DNA of 64,000 nt, taken from positions 23,686,001-23,750,000 of the forward strand of contig NC_087252.1 in NCBI RefSeq assembly GCF_037042905.1. The letters are read 5' to 3'. The translations under genes and the position numbers were made by a program. The notes under the pieces were generated by a model. It saw only the letters and a program-made list of their open reading frames with translations, did not search any database and was not told the DNA's origin. This stretch comes from Lytechinus pictus (Eukaryota). Shown here piece after piece: positions 47,967 through 62,500 of the stretch (within the stretch, counting starts at the first letter, position 1; every line of letters begins with the position of its first letter).

Positions 47967-49502
47967 CAGTGGCGTAACTACGGGGGACATGGGGGGCACA
48001 TCCCCCCCCCCCCCCCATCGGCTGACCAAAAAAAAAAACGGGGAAAGGGGGAAAGGAGAAAAGAGGGAGAAAGGAAGAGAAACGTAGTGGGAAAGAAGAA
48101 AATATTATTCATTAGAATGTTATATTATATTATAACTATGTTAAGTTACATTACATAAGAAACATTTATCATAACTTTATGAAACATAATTTGCCCAGGG
48201 CCTACGTCTTCATTGTTCCTGGTGCTCGCATTGTCTGTTTAACGAGATATATAATCCTGTTGTACTAAAACATCCCGTTTTCAAGTCAATATAAACCAAA
48301 TATATTTCCTAGCACTTGAGTTATCATTGTTTTATGTAGTGACATATGCTTCTTTTTCATGACTCAAAAGTGATTGCCCCATGTTAAGGTCTTCGTATAT
48401 ATGAAACATTTCCTGCCCGTGATTACGTTCGCATTAGTGGATTGGTGAGATATGTCTGCTCTTCATGAATTTCTAAAATCAGTCCTTAAAGGAGAATGAA
48501 ACTCTTGGAGCAAGTTAGCTTTTGTGAAAGCAGAAAAATCAAAGAATAAGATCAACAAAAGTTTGAGTAAAATAGGACTAGCAATAGAAGAACTATGAGC
48601 ATTTGAATGTCGAGATCACTAATGCTATGGAGATCCTCCTATTGGCAATGCGACCAAGATCTATGATGTCACAGATGAACAACTCTCCCCCTTTGGACAC
48701 TGAAAATATACCCCAAAACATCTCTTTTTGCTCATTCTAATCATATGACAAACTATTCATCAATGATATAATGTTGTGAAACCTCTGTACTTGTCCTCTC
48801 ATAAAGAGAACACATCACCTTGTGATAGACTCTATAAAAGTGAGAATATAAGTGAAATAAGTACTAAAGTAATGAGGGAGTTGTACGTGTGTGACATCAC
48901 AGATCTTGGTCGCATTGCCAATAGGAGGAACTACATGGCATTAGTGATCTCAATATTCAAATGCTCATAACTTTCTTATTATTCATTCAATCTTCCTCAA
49001 ACTTTCAACAATATGTTTCTTTGATTTTTCTCTTTGATATGGATTCAGCTGGTTTCAAGGGTTTCATTCTCCTTTAAAATGTCCCTTCTTCTGATCTGAA
49101 TATCAAAAATTTTCAGCTCGAGCTTCGCGCTCGCATCATTTGGTTAATGAAATATGTATGGTCCTAGTTAATTCCTACAAAGAAACCTTAGAATGCCCCA
49201 CTTCAGGTCTGAATTATCGAAGTTTTCAGCTCGCGCTTCGCGCTCGCACTGTTAAGCGAGACAGGTACCTAATATCATGATTACACAAATTTGAATATAA
49301 TGTCCCTTTTTAGGTGTGAATATAAAAAAAATTCAGCTCGCGCTTCGCGCTCGCATTATTTGATCAGTGAGAAACATATCCGTTTAATGACATTGTCCTT
49401 AAAATGTATCTATTAGGTCACTCACTCAGTCATTCAAAAATTTTGCTGGTGCCCCCCTCCCCACCCCCCCCCCCCCCATGCCGTGACCCACGGTCGCCAC
49501 TG
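47967..49502. mobile_element. hAT-type MITE (inner)
   Basis: Ends CAGTGGCG / CGCCACTG; 8-bp TSD TGGACATA; internal GCTCGCGCTTCGCGCTCGC repeats. Confidence 0.8.
48490..49073. mobile_element. Kolobok-type MITE (second family)
   Basis: TTAA flanks; TIR AGGAGAATGAAAC. Confidence 0.85.
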
Positions 49503-50136
49503 TGGACATATCAATGACAATTCCTTGCATATCTAAAAACATGATTGCAAAAAATGCCAAAATATTTCAGTCATCCCCCCCCCACCCATCAACACGGATT
49601 TACGCCAGTGGTGCACATTTCATAGAATGGGTTCTAATATTTCTAATTTCTATTTCAAACACTTAACCTTGGTAAGCTGCTATGCAGGCGATACAAACAA
49701 CAGTTTTCTTACCCTTGATACAGTAGAAAGCATGAATTTAACTATTGTCAAACACTATTAAATAACCTTTTTTAATATAAGCATAATCAAACACTACTAA
49801 AGGAAATTTTTTTCATAGCTTTTCCAAAACCTTTACTACTAACCTGCAAAGAACATGAAGGAGCAAACGTTGAAAACAGATACTATCCAGAGAACCAGTT
49901 TTCTTTTGGGAACCGCCATCTTCAGCTCCGCGGCATGGTGCATCATGTAACATATCTACAGTATAAAGCTGCATTTCACTTGCATCAGTGCATGAATACA
50001 CATATATCGATGTTTACATTATAATTTATGAGATATGTATACCGTGTATCTACGATCATAAATCTATGTTAACTGCATATATCAAACGAACTTTGATAAA
50101 GTTAATGATTGCCTGTTTGACACGTCACCAGATATA

Positions 50137-50480
50137 CAGTGCGTACAAAAAAAGTTCACACCAAGAAATCATTTTTTTAAATTATATATTTATGATATTT
50201 TGAAGATTTTTCCACATGTAATCATTGGTACAGTTCTCTTTAAGCAAATGTTGATATAACTGACGAAAAAATCCGCTTGAGTGAGCACCACTTACTTTTG
50301 AAAAGTTCGTGAAAATGTGATTTGCGCAGATCTCGGATATATTTATATGAATAAAAGTAGACGATGATCATGAACACATGGAATTTAGCGAGGAAGATTG
50401 ATAAGAAGATATCTTTTACATTTTCTTTGCCCAAAACACTTCATAGAACGTCATTGCACACCCATTCCCACACACCAAGG
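50137..50480. mobile_element. Partial relative of the Tc1-type MITE at 540-1465
   Basis: TA-CAGTGCGTACAAAAAAAGTT end; body resembles the reverse complement of ~1170-1430. Confidence 0.6.
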
Positions 50481-50811
50481 CCATGATCGTACATTTTGCA
50501 TCTTCAAATACACAATATTTTTTCCCCATTGGGAAGGAAGACACCCCTTTTACCAAATGGTATCAGCTCGCATATTCTGTGCTTCCATCGTTTTGTTTAA
50601 TAAGATATGATTATACGGTTCAGGATTTACAATGTAATTCACACTTAAAATAAATTAAACAATGCTGTTTACTATGTGAATCGCACAGCAGTTGTTTAGA
50701 GTTTAAATAAGTGTTTAAATTCGTCAACAACCATGCTTAAATTATTGATAATTAAATATTTTAATTTACACTTTATTGTTTAGGATTTTAAACACTTGTT
50801 TAAAATATTTA

Positions 50812-52152
50812 AAACAAGGCAAACGCCAAGCGTTGTCTCGCCTGCATATTGCAGTCATGAAGAGACTGCATGTCAAAACTACATGTATGCTATATGACTT
50901 AGATGGACCTCTGTTACGAGTTTGGCGATCCCACCTCGAAGCTATAGAAAGTTATCGTGTGTACAACACAGCAGTGCCTGTCATGAAAAGTTCATTGACC
51001 TTTGACCTTAATCAAATTCAACTCACATTCGAACTTGACCTGCACCTTCAAGAGATGGACCTCTTGTTTGAATTTGGCAATCCTACCTCGAAGATATAAA
51101 AAGTTATTATGTGTACAACAAAGCACAGTGCCAGTCATGGAAAGTTCATTGACCTTTGACCTTAATCAAATTCAACTCATATTTGAACTTGACCTGCACC
51201 TTCAAAAGATGGACCTCTTGTATGAATTTGGCAATCCTAACTCGAAGATATAGAAAGTTATTGTGTGTACAGCACAGCACAGTGCCAGTCATGGAAAGTT
51301 CATTGACCTTTGACCTTATTCAAATTCGGCTCACATTTGAACTTGGCCTGCACCTTCAAGAGATGGACCTCTTGAATGAATTTGGCGATCTCACCTCGAA
51401 GCTATAGAAAGTTATTGTGTGTACAACACAGCACAGTGCCAGTCATGGAAAGTTCATTGACCTTTGACCTTATTCAAATTCGACTCATATTCGAACTTGA
51501 CCTGTACCTTCAAGAGATGGACGTCTGTTATGAATTTGGTGATCCCACCTCGAAGCTATAGAAAGTTATTGGGTGTACAAAGTTATTATGTGTACACAGC
51601 ACAGTGCCAGTCATGGAAAGTTCATTGACCTTTGACCTTATTCCAATTTGACTCATATTCGAACTTGACCTATGCCTTCAGGAGATGGACCTCTGGTATG
51701 AATTTGGTGATCCCACCTCAAAGATATAGAAAGTTATTATGTGTACAACACAGCACAGTGCCAGTCATGGAAAGTTCATTGACCTTTGACCTTCTTCCAA
51801 TTTGACTCATATTCGAACTTGACCTGTGCCTTCAGGAGATGGACCTCTGTTATATGAATTTGGTGATCCCACCTCGAAGCTATAGAAAGTTATTGGGTGT
51901 ACAAAGTTATTATGTGTACAACACAGCAGTGCCAGTCATGGAAAGTTCATTGACCTTTGACCTTATTCCTATTTGACTCATATTCGAACTTGACCTGTGC
52001 CTTCAGAAGATGGACCTCTGGTATGAAGTTGGTGATCCCACCTCAAAGCTATAGAAAGTTATTGGGTGTACAACACAATTGTTGACAACGACGACGATGA
52101 CGCCGGAAATAGTGATACCATGTCTCGCTCCGCTACGCAGGCGAGACAAAAA
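50812..52152 (-). mobile_element. Helentron-associated (HINE/DINE-1-like) element with central 154-bp tandem array
   Basis: Subterminal TGTCTCGCCTGC inverted repeats, terminal hairpins, (GAC)n microsatellite, about 7 core repeats; sits inside another inverted-repeat element (~50641-52206). Confidence 0.7.
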
Positions 52153-53690
52153 CTACTGTGCGATTCACGTAGTAAACAGTGTTGTTTAAATTATTATTAA
52201 CAGTGCAGGGCAATGTATGAAATAAAACATCCACGATACTCTATTGTATGGATTCATATTTTTCCTGTTCAACACTTTATATCCACTAGACTTAGTTCCG
52301 AGTCCAGCAATTAATCGTTCAACTGATATTTATGATTGATCACACGCAATACTCTATGCATTCCATTATCATAGAAAGAAACCCTACGACCAATCACTAA
52401 GCTTTATGTCACAGGGCCAAAAATTAAGGAAAAAATGAAAGATACACTCTACAAACACTGATTAATTTTGCCAAAAGTGAGTAGAAAGGGATTACATGTA
52501 TGCATGTTTGCTGTGTATCTTTTTTTACCCCATATTGGGCTATTTCAACACACCATTGCGTAAAATTTACAAAATACACAATCTTTTTACCCAACCAACA
52601 TGCATGTTCCCACTTTACCCAAAATTGGGTAAACCTTTTTTTGGAGTGCATAGAAATACAGATATGAGAGTTTAGAGAGCTGAAGGAGTGAAAGGAAATT
52701 GCATGGTGGCAGTTAATTGACGAAGTCTTCGGATTTTTTTTAGTGACAGTAGAAAAGTATGACAGTGATAAAGAAAAAAGGTATAAGTGATACTAGAAGC
52801 AGAGAAGAAAGTCATGTAGTTATTGGAAATAGCGAGTTTGTAGGGTACATGAAAGAGAGAGAGAGGGGGAGAGAAGGTGAAGGAACGGATCAATATATGA
52901 ATGAGACGGTGCTATAATGGGCTTCTCAGAATGTACACAATCAAACTTTATCTCAAAGTGTTTGCTTATTTCAATATTTGTATTATTATGAACTTCATCA
53001 TAACCAGACTTTAGGCGCGTTAGTATCACTAGACCTGTTAATGATTAACCTTGTTTAACATACATTGAGGTATACCTGCTAGGGTCATGGGCACCGGTTC
53101 ATGATGCATGTCAGGAATTACAAGTTGTCATTCACTGACAGTTATCATACGCATACAGTTATCATAGTAAGAGTCAGAGACCAGTGCTCTCAGTCAATTA
53201 AAACCAAGGATATTACTAAAATATCAACAGTAATTAATGTATTGTAGCAGCTTGTGCTACCAACTCGCATTAAAAAGCCCCCACCCCGATCTAGACTACC
53301 TTCTTTTATACCTTCTCTTCTCAATCTTCTGCCTGTCACTACAGCTAATATCATCTCCACCATTTGTTTCCTTCCCAGATTTCTTTACATCCTTGTTGAT
53401 TGAAAATATAATTAAATTGTAAACTGGTTCAAACACAGCATACATGTGCACCTGAATCCTTGCTATGCATTAAAAAAGACATCACATAAATGCACAAATG
53501 CATTAATGAACAGTTGATGGTGGTATTTATTCATCAATGCCCACTGAATCTGGATTGAATATACTTCTTAAAAATAAAGAAAAATGTAAATTGACTAAGG
53601 AGTAGAGTGAAACAATGGCAATAAAATATTTTTATTTGTTCAAATCATTTGACTAGAAAAAATATCCATATCTTCCCAAATTAAAGTCAT

Positions 53691-54005
53691 TGGCCCGTAT
53701 TCTGAACTCTGGTTTCAATTAAACCCTGATTTTAAGTTGTGGTTTAACTATGGATAGCCAATTGGGAGAAAAATCCCTGATAGTACAAATCCACTTTATT
53801 AACTCATTTGACTTAAGTTGTTCATATTGTCTGGGAATGATTACTTAAGTATTTTTCTTCATCATGAAAGCAAAATGAAACGAAATAGTATACATAAGAA
53901 ATATACAATACAAACAGAATTTTTGAAATTTTGGCTCCTCATGATTTAAGCACACAGTTAAATAGACCGTGGTCTAAGTTAAACCCGACTTCAGAATACG
54001 GGCCA
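53691..54005. mobile_element. Small MITE
   Basis: TIR TGGCCCGTATTCTGAA / TTCAGAATACGGGCCA. Confidence 0.7.
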
Positions 54006-54298
54006 TTTACTACACAAAGACTTAGTTTACACTAACATAATGCAAAAGAAAAAAAGATAATTGCAAAATAAAACAAGAAGCGTTTACATACTGTTAAAAA
54101 CCATGCACCAAATTTCAAACATACTGTACACAAATATTGCAAATGAAATGCTGTAAAATCAAGGATTATGTTAGTACTGTATAAATGTCAATCAGCCTTT
54201 GTTCAATATACTGAACCAAATGCAAAAAAATTTACAATTTTTTCTAGCATTATACCTTAGCTTTAATAATTTTTACCAGTTGAATAAAATATCTCTTA

Positions 54299-54717
54299 AG
54301 GCGACCGCACACCTTACAATCGGTCTGCAACCCGATTTTGGAATAAAACCTAGTAGAATTTGATGTTAATATTGAGACTTGGAATATCTTACTGTGTAAT
54401 GTTCAAAATCATTGTACAAATACCTATGTTCAAATCTGTGACTATGCTATCATCCTTCTTAGAATAAAAGTAAATTTAATATCTATTCGCAATGACGTCA
54501 CAGCAGTCGTACGATTGGCTACGATTTGAAACAAATTTTGCCTGTACTACAAAATAAAGGCTTGCAATCTTTCAAAATGGTTATAGTATTTAGTATTCTT
54601 TCAATTAATTTTAACCTCAAATAAAATGATATGTTCCATTCACATTTTCAGAAAATGAGTAAAATGCGATTCGTTCCAAAATCGGATCGCGAACATTCGT
54701 AAGGTGTGCGGTGGCCT
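54299..54717. mobile_element. PIF/Harbinger-type MITE
   Basis: TTA TSD; TIR AGGC(G/C)ACCGCACACCTTAC. Confidence 0.75.
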
Positions 54718-56329
54718 TTATGCATTAAAAATAGGATGACTGGAAACTATTGTTCCTTCTAAATAGTTCTCTGGTGGTTAATTTGTTTGAATTTAGAAAT
54801 ATAATTCAAAATATATACATTTTCTATGAAATAACATACTGTTGTGTTTTAGTATATGATTCACTTTGAGCAAATACTGGAAAATTTCAGATTTGGATAA
54901 GGGGCACACATATGAATAAACGAAAAAAATAAGTTTTTCCAATCCTTTGAATTAATAAAATTAAAAAAAAATAATTCACACTGATTGTATCCCAGAGTTT
55001 CTATCCATTCTGATTTACATTAGAATAACATACAGTGACAAAATATAATATACAAATCATTACCGAAAAATCCCCATATCCAACAGTGATGCCAAAGGGA
55101 CAAAATTTAGACATCATATATCAATATTTGATTATCTACGTTTCATTGCAACAACGTTTGAGCAAAATCAAATGCACAAGACAAAATAATTGGGAAAGAT
55201 TTTTACAATGTCAACTACCATCACTGCTTGGTCAATCTAGATTGAATATTTGAGCCACTTCATTTTCTGGCTATGTAAGTACTGACATTATTTACAATAA
55301 AAATTATCATATGAAACGAAACGGTATAGATGTGTCTTTGCAAAAGTCTATTAAGTTCTTGGTACTGAAATTTTGCAAAACTCCATCATGAAGTGAATAG
55401 ACACTTAGACATTCTTTATAAAAAAAAATCTAAAATAATTTGAATACCAGCACTTAGATATAAAAGGTAAAAGTGGGCTAAATGTGAAAAAAGTTTTTTT
55501 CTTCGTCAAAGATTTATCTAAATGTCTTTGCTTCATACATTACCTCCTAAAAATCATCTGTACAAAGAATGGGTGTTGGCATTTAAACAAAAATATATCA
55601 ATTGTTATTTATTACAACACAGGAACTTTCTTCCACAATGGACTCTGGTCTTGGGTATAAGCATAAATCAGCCAAAATCTATCCCTTGCTTTACTATTGT
55701 GTATAGATATTACACAACATTACATATTCCCTCATACCATGAACAAATAAAATAGAAAGATATCACACTGATTTTGTAAATATATATAGGCCTATATATA
55801 TCTAAATAATTTCTTTGATTTACATCCCTGTACAGTATTTAGCATTTATTCAAAATTGACTAGAATATGCTTGGGGGGTTTTAAATCAAATCATCAAAAA
55901 TGAAAATAGATATTGGAATCCTTCATTGGAATCCTTCTTTCTATGCTATATAGATCGGCAGTTTTTATCACAAGCAAAATATCACATGTTTTCCTGTTGT
56001 GATTTGTCTCATCTACTGAGTATCAATAAGGCAACTGTTATCTTTGGATTTCTAAGTTTTCCATGAATTTGTATATGCAGTCTACATTATAAATTTTCGA
56101 ATCTTGATACAAGTCATAATCACATATTAATCTTAACCCTCACAACATTGTACAATATTAGCATGCCTTATTCTTTTGTCCCAATTTATCTTCATAATTT
56201 TGTTTTAATTCAGAAGATATCTGCATTAGCTTTACCTGCTAATAGTTGTGCATTCAAACCTCGTTGACGGGTGGATACAAATTGATATAATATTTTATAT
56301 CTTCATACATGTACTTCCACCCTAGCCAT

Positions 56330-56520
56330 AATGATGATGATGATCCACAGCATTTATATTGCGCCATATATCTGTTAAAAACATTCATAGGCGCAGGCTC
56401 ATCCAAAAAGTTAATCACTACACATCTGCCAAAATAAGTGAGTTTTGAGAGACGGTTTAAGAGTTCTATGCTGTCAATTTCACAAAGTGAAGAAGGGAGG
56501 GAGTTCCAACGCTGGTGTGA
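56330..56520 (-). mobile_element. L2 LINE 3' fragment in the presumed 3' UTR
   Basis: WNSLPSSL..IDSIE..K remnant, GCGCC..GGCGC stem and (ATC)n tail. Confidence 0.55.
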
Positions 56521-56580
56521 AAATATTTTGGTACTGTGCAACCTTTATTTTAGGTACTTAGCACCTCTCTAGAATAAATT

Positions 56581-59500
56581 TCATTCCTTTGTATCCTCTT
56601 TGATTCTCTCCCGGAAGAAACTGTTCCCATACGTGCCCATGTAGGCGCCCCACTCCTGCTGGTGGAAAGGGAGTATCTTGGCACAGCGCGCTCCCGGGTT
56701 GGTCCTCTTTGCCTCCTTGAGGCCGCAGTCACAAGAGAGCCGTAGTCTGTAGACCGTCATCTCCCCCGCATCCAAGTTGAAGGGATAGATGTTGAGGGGG
56801 TCGGTAGGTGACTCTGTAGGAGATGCTGTAGCTGAGGCAGCTAAAGATAAGAAAAAATATAGAGGTTAAAGAACATCATCAATAAATTCTCTATTGAATG
56901 GAGAATCATTGAAATTGCTATTTCATACTCTTTGTCATCCATATAAACCATTTTAAAACTGAAAAAAAATGTTTTTTAAATCATAGGACATCTCCATGAA
57001 CAGGGGGGTTTTTCACAAAGATTTAAGTATAACTTAAATCGCACTTTAATGCCGACATGTACATGTACATGATATGAAACGCGCAATCTCATTGATCAAT
57101 ACGCAGTAGTGCGCGTGCTCTTTGCATAATTTGACCAATGCGGTCATGCCTTTTATAATTCACGCAACTGGGCATTTAAGCACGACTCTAAGTCATGCTT
57201 AAATCTTTGTGAAACACGCCCCTGATGAATACACAATTGTTGATAGATATAGTATGGTATTCAACTAGATAAAAGATATGATAATGTGAAAATAGCACCT
57301 TAGTAACAATAGTGATAGATGCATTTTTTTTTCAAACTCAGTAAGAATCTAAAAATTCAAAAGGGCGACTTATTGTTAACTTTGGGATGGCAGGCCACGA
57401 GTTTGCTTTAGTATGCAAATGTGCTTACCCAACTTCCGACAATGGTCTGAACCCAAATGTTCATATGCATCATGGTCAAGCCCATAATACTCATCTGCAA
57501 AAAAAAGGAAAAAACACACAATATCCATCAAGAATCACATCAAGGAAACTGGCTTGCCTTATACAATCTCATGAAGATACAAATACAGTTGAACATGTTG
57601 CAGGTGAGTTTGTTTTGTTCAAGTCACAAGGTTGGAAATTCAACTGAGGTGATTTAAATTATGTAACTAATTCATCAAACTGACCTCATACACAGTGGAT
57701 TGAAATTAAATGACTTGTCTAAGGCAAACTAAAATGACCTGCATATCATTAACTGGACGAATCTGAGAAGAAATATGAAATGAACCAATATCTAATTAAC
57801 TATATATTGAGCTGATATATGATGATATGACGAAGTTGTAGTGAGTTATGTTGAAGATAATGTATCTGGAAAAAAATTAGACAAGAGCAAGACTAACTAA
57901 AATAGAATTGAACTGAAGTGCTTTAAAACAATTTTATTTTGTAGGAGTGCTATATATAAGAACATTTCATTATTATCATAAATCATTTATTATTGTAATC
58001 ATTATCATCATTATTAGAAGTATCAATATCATTATCATCATCACCATTATTATCATAATTACTAAAAAAGCATTCTAAATCATGGATAGAATTTCCCAAG
58101 AGCCTAAACCATATGAGGGAAGGGGGGGTTATAAATGTGTATATTGGTGAGCCGTTGGACAAAATAAATACACAATTTCCTTGCCTACATAAATACACGC
58201 TGCATGAGTAGAAATTATTTGATTAAAGGTTAAAACGAATGACTCACTACTAGGATCCATTCTCTGTTGCTCATTGTTGGTCCAATCATCAAGGCATTTC
58301 TGCTCTCTTGCTGTGATGATCTGAAACAAACCAAAAGAAGCATCGAGAAGAAAAGGTAAACTTTCATAAGAATTCGGTCAAAATAATATACATAAAGCAT
58401 TCTTTTATAAAAAGCAGCATCACTGGAAACAGTTCTTGAGTAATTCACAGTGCTGGTTTATAATTCATTTCATAGTTTTAATGACTGGTAATGAGGCAAC
58501 CATCATCTTTTATTGTATTCTGGGCTCCGCGTAACACAAAGCTTAGCGATGAATAGCGAATATGAAAGAACAATTCTGATTGGTTCCTGGTCAGTATTTT
58601 GATCCAAATGCGCAGGTACCATTCATCTTGATTGGTCAGTCCATTTTGCGATTGATCGCTAATCTTTGTGTCACGGAGCTCTCATGAAATTCATATTCCT
58701 GAATATAACAACTCTTTTTTAATTTGAATTTGCACACAATTTGTTGTTTTACATATACACATGTAACGTTTAAAAAAATTGGGTAAACAGTGTACAAAGC
58801 CAGATGTACTCGCTACCTTTCCTCGGCTTTGCTTCGGGAAGATAGCTACATCCAACTTGCCTCGGAAGTGATAGTTTGCCCATCACACTTACCAACAGTC
58901 ATTACTTGCTTAATGTCACAATAAAATTGTATACAACTGTCACCATTTTAAGTTGTAACCAAGGATGTATAAATAACTAGTCTAGACATACAATAGAATT
59001 AATTTACATGAATTTACATTTATTTTACATAAAAGGCAACTTTATTAGTGTAAGGTAGACTACATGTACACTCTTTACTTACTGCATTTCTTGCAAACTG
59101 TAAAACTTCATATTTTTTACATCTATTTCCTCTTCTTAATTTTTTGATACTTTTCATGAATTAATCATTATGGTCTATAAAAAGTTGAAGTTAAGCATCT
59201 CACCCTATTTGGTTTGGGATAGAACCAGTAAGTTGCAAAGATGACATCAATGCTGTTTGGATCGCTGGGTAAGTCATCCAGGACTGGACTAAGAGGTGGA
59301 GCCAGGGTACCAGTAGAGATGAGCCTCTGGATGCCTCCAGCATCATGGAGTCCTGCGTGACGTCTCAATCTTTGGTGTTGCTTATCCCTTGGCATGTCCG
59401 ACCTGGAGGCAAACAGCTTGGCATTGCGCTTAGATACAAACCTCTTTATCTTTCCATCATTATTTGATTCATCGTCTAGTCCAAGAAGGTCCTTGAGGAT

Positions 59501-62500
59501 TCCCTCAAGCTCTTCCTCTGAGAGGTTTTGTAGGTCATCTTGGGGAGTTTCATCACCGCTTTCTTGTCCCGATTTCTTCTCCTTCGGAGAATCAAACCAG
59601 GATTCTGGAAGTCCAAGGTCTTCGAGTCCTCCTGCGATATCTCCAGATAGTAGCGCATCATCATCAGAAGGTGAGGTAGTGGTCAGTGTCGCGTCAACAG
59701 CTTCAGTTTCTTCTTTTGCCTGAGAGCTTTCTGTTGGGATCTTATCACTTTTGTCAGTGTTGATTTCAAGGTTGGTTGCTTTGGTTGAAGAATCTCTTTG
59801 GTCAGGTGACGTGAACCCCTGGTCATGAAAATCGTCTTGGTCCTTGAGATTGTCTGATATTGCAGATAGTCTTGCCAAAAGTTTGTCATATTCATTCTGG
59901 AAGTCTAATGAATGTGTCCTAGATTGTGGTGGGAGTGTTGTTGGCTCGGAATCCTGTACATAGGGGAAGAGTAAAAAAGATGAAAATGAAGCATTAAGCA
60001 AGCCAGTGCTGTCCATGAGGCCGAGAAGCCAAGACCACTGCAAAACCCTATAAGACCTCTGAGGCCAATGACAAGGCTAAGGCCACATATTTGTCCTTGC
60101 TCAGGCGAGCCTCGAGAAGCAAATCAAGGGAAGCTCAGTGGTCATTAGCCGGTAACAACTTTTTAATTCTGAATTTATATAACAATGAATGAATCAGTTT
60201 TACAGAAAGGTATTTTTTTTAATCAGATTTTTTGTCATTTTGTGAATTTTGCTCAGGATTGCTCACAAGTCATGGAAATTATTTTTTGGTAAGGCTGGTT
60301 CAAATTAAAAGTCATTTCTGCCAAAAGTTAACTAGATTCTAGATTCAATTGTACTTGTTTATTTGGTCTTATGGTTATTTGTATTATTATTGTTAGCATT
60401 ATTTTTATCAATATTTTTTATTATCATAATCATTATCATTATTTTATTATTATCATTATTATTAATATTGTCTATATTATTATTCTCATGAACTTAATAT
60501 GAATAACAGCTTCACCCACTTCTCCTGATTTTTTTATATTGGTTTTACTTCAACTTACCTGATTGTGAGAATTAGGTAAGGCTGAATCAGTAGCTGACTG
60601 CTTATTTTCTTCCTTAGCACTGCTATCTTTCTGATCATTATCTTCTTTTGATTTGTTCTCTTCCTCTTTATCGTCCTGTTTCTGAGCATCAAGTACGACA
60701 GGTATTACTTCAGGATATTTCTTCAGGTATTCCATGGCCATACGAGTAGCATTTACTGTGTATCTATGCTCATCTTCAAAGCGATCAGCTGTAACAAGGA
60801 ATAAGAATACAGAAATTTATAGACAATTATGATTATCAATATATATCCTAAATGTCACAGCATTGCAAATTTGTAAACGATTGCCACTATTCAACCATTT
60901 GAGTTTCCTCTGCTTCACAATAGAGTAATAAGTCTGATTAAGTGCAAAGCTGAACTTTGTGCACTCTCTCCTTTCATCTCACTCGCAAACATTGATTTTG
61001 CACACAGTCTATGTATCAATCAGCAAAAAATAGTACATGTAGATATGTTTATGGACTGAAAAGAGACCTGCAAATGTTACACACTTCTCTTCTTGAGTGA
61101 TGGAATATTGAAATGTGTCAGCAAGTGAGGGTGTAACCGGTGTGTTGGCTCAGTTGGTAGAGCGTCCGTCTCACAACCGTGATGTCGGGAGTTAAAACCC
61201 CGGCTGCGTCAGACCAAAAGACGTTAAAAGATGGGAGTTGCTGCTACCCTGTTTGGCGTTCAACGATAGAGCCTCGTCGATCTGGCGCTGCACGGCAGCT
61301 GTCGGGCCCACGATCAATTGGGCAAAGCAAATTTTTGGAGTATTTAATTTCATATCTATTTCGAACAATAAAATATGGATTTTCATTTTTTTCTTCTCTC
61401 TTTTCAAGCCATGTGTAATGAAGAGCTTACCATGATATGTGATATTACAAAATTCTTAGCAGACAGAATATCTTATCAAGTTCATTGGATTACCTGAAGT
61501 GTAAACAACCTGTCCGGGTACATCCATATGTTGATTGAGAAGGCTGCCTGTGGTCACAGAGCCTGAATTGAACCTCTCTCGACAAAAATTGGTCCGACTT
61601 AGAGAGCCCTTGCTTTCACCTATAACAAGCGAATGGTCAATTGAAGGAAAGAAAAAGAGTACAAAAAACGATTAGATGTTTTAGAAATAAAGAAATTACA
61701 AAAATATTTTCAAGAATAAGAGAAAAGTTATTTTAATGATAAACACATAGTTTTTGCAATTTATACAAAGGGAATATAATATAAAGTAATAAAACCGATT
61801 GCCTTATTACACAAAGTGCTAATTTAGAATAAATATGGATAATTGATGACTCTGTCACTGCCAGATTTGGCACATATTGCAAATGGAACTTTAAAATTGT
61901 CAATAGCTTTTATAATCTTGTCAGAGCTTCACTCACAAATAAATTCATGATTCCACATTTAATTAAGATTCACTTATTATACTGAAGTGATTTAGTCACT
62001 ATAAGCCAAAACATCATCTACATTCACAAAGTAAGAATTTATTAATCGTTCCTCCAATATCAACAAAAACATACGGTGAAACTCATTTGCTCATGCCGCC
62101 CGTTTTATGGAACAAGCTTCCAAATTCCCTGATAACAACTGATTCAGCTAACAAATACCAAACAGCCCTTAAAACCTACTTGTTTAAATTGCACCTAACC
62201 TCAACATAGTGAACTCACCAACACATCTTTTCCTCTCCTTCATTTCCTGTATTGCATAGAGACATATCTGTTATGTGTTATACACTACATAAAACTGACT
62301 ATTATTATTAGAGATAATTCAAAGAAAAAGGCATTACCTTCTCCAGTAAAACGGAAAGCTTCTGTCTCTTGCTCATGCCCTTCACAACCTAGTCTCCAGT
62401 AAAAGAATGCATCATTGCCGTACCCTTCTGTACTCACAGTCAATGGGGATGTGGTTGCTGAACCTGAGCTGATGATATTCTTCTGGAGAAGAGGTTGTCC

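Larger units (their letters stand above)
47372..49610. mobile_element. hAT-type MITE (outer)
   Basis: TIR CACTGGCGTAAATCC; 8-bp TSD GTGCACAT. Confidence 0.85.

Noticed and set aside
49713..49846. Signal-peptide exon of the Ig gene
   Set aside because: Good acceptor, ATG and donor, but an in-frame stop and the wrong phase; kept only as a possibility
50890..52077. CRISPR-like array or repeated ORFs
   Set aside because: Whole 154-bp units repeat with no unique spacers and no cas genes; eukaryotic satellite
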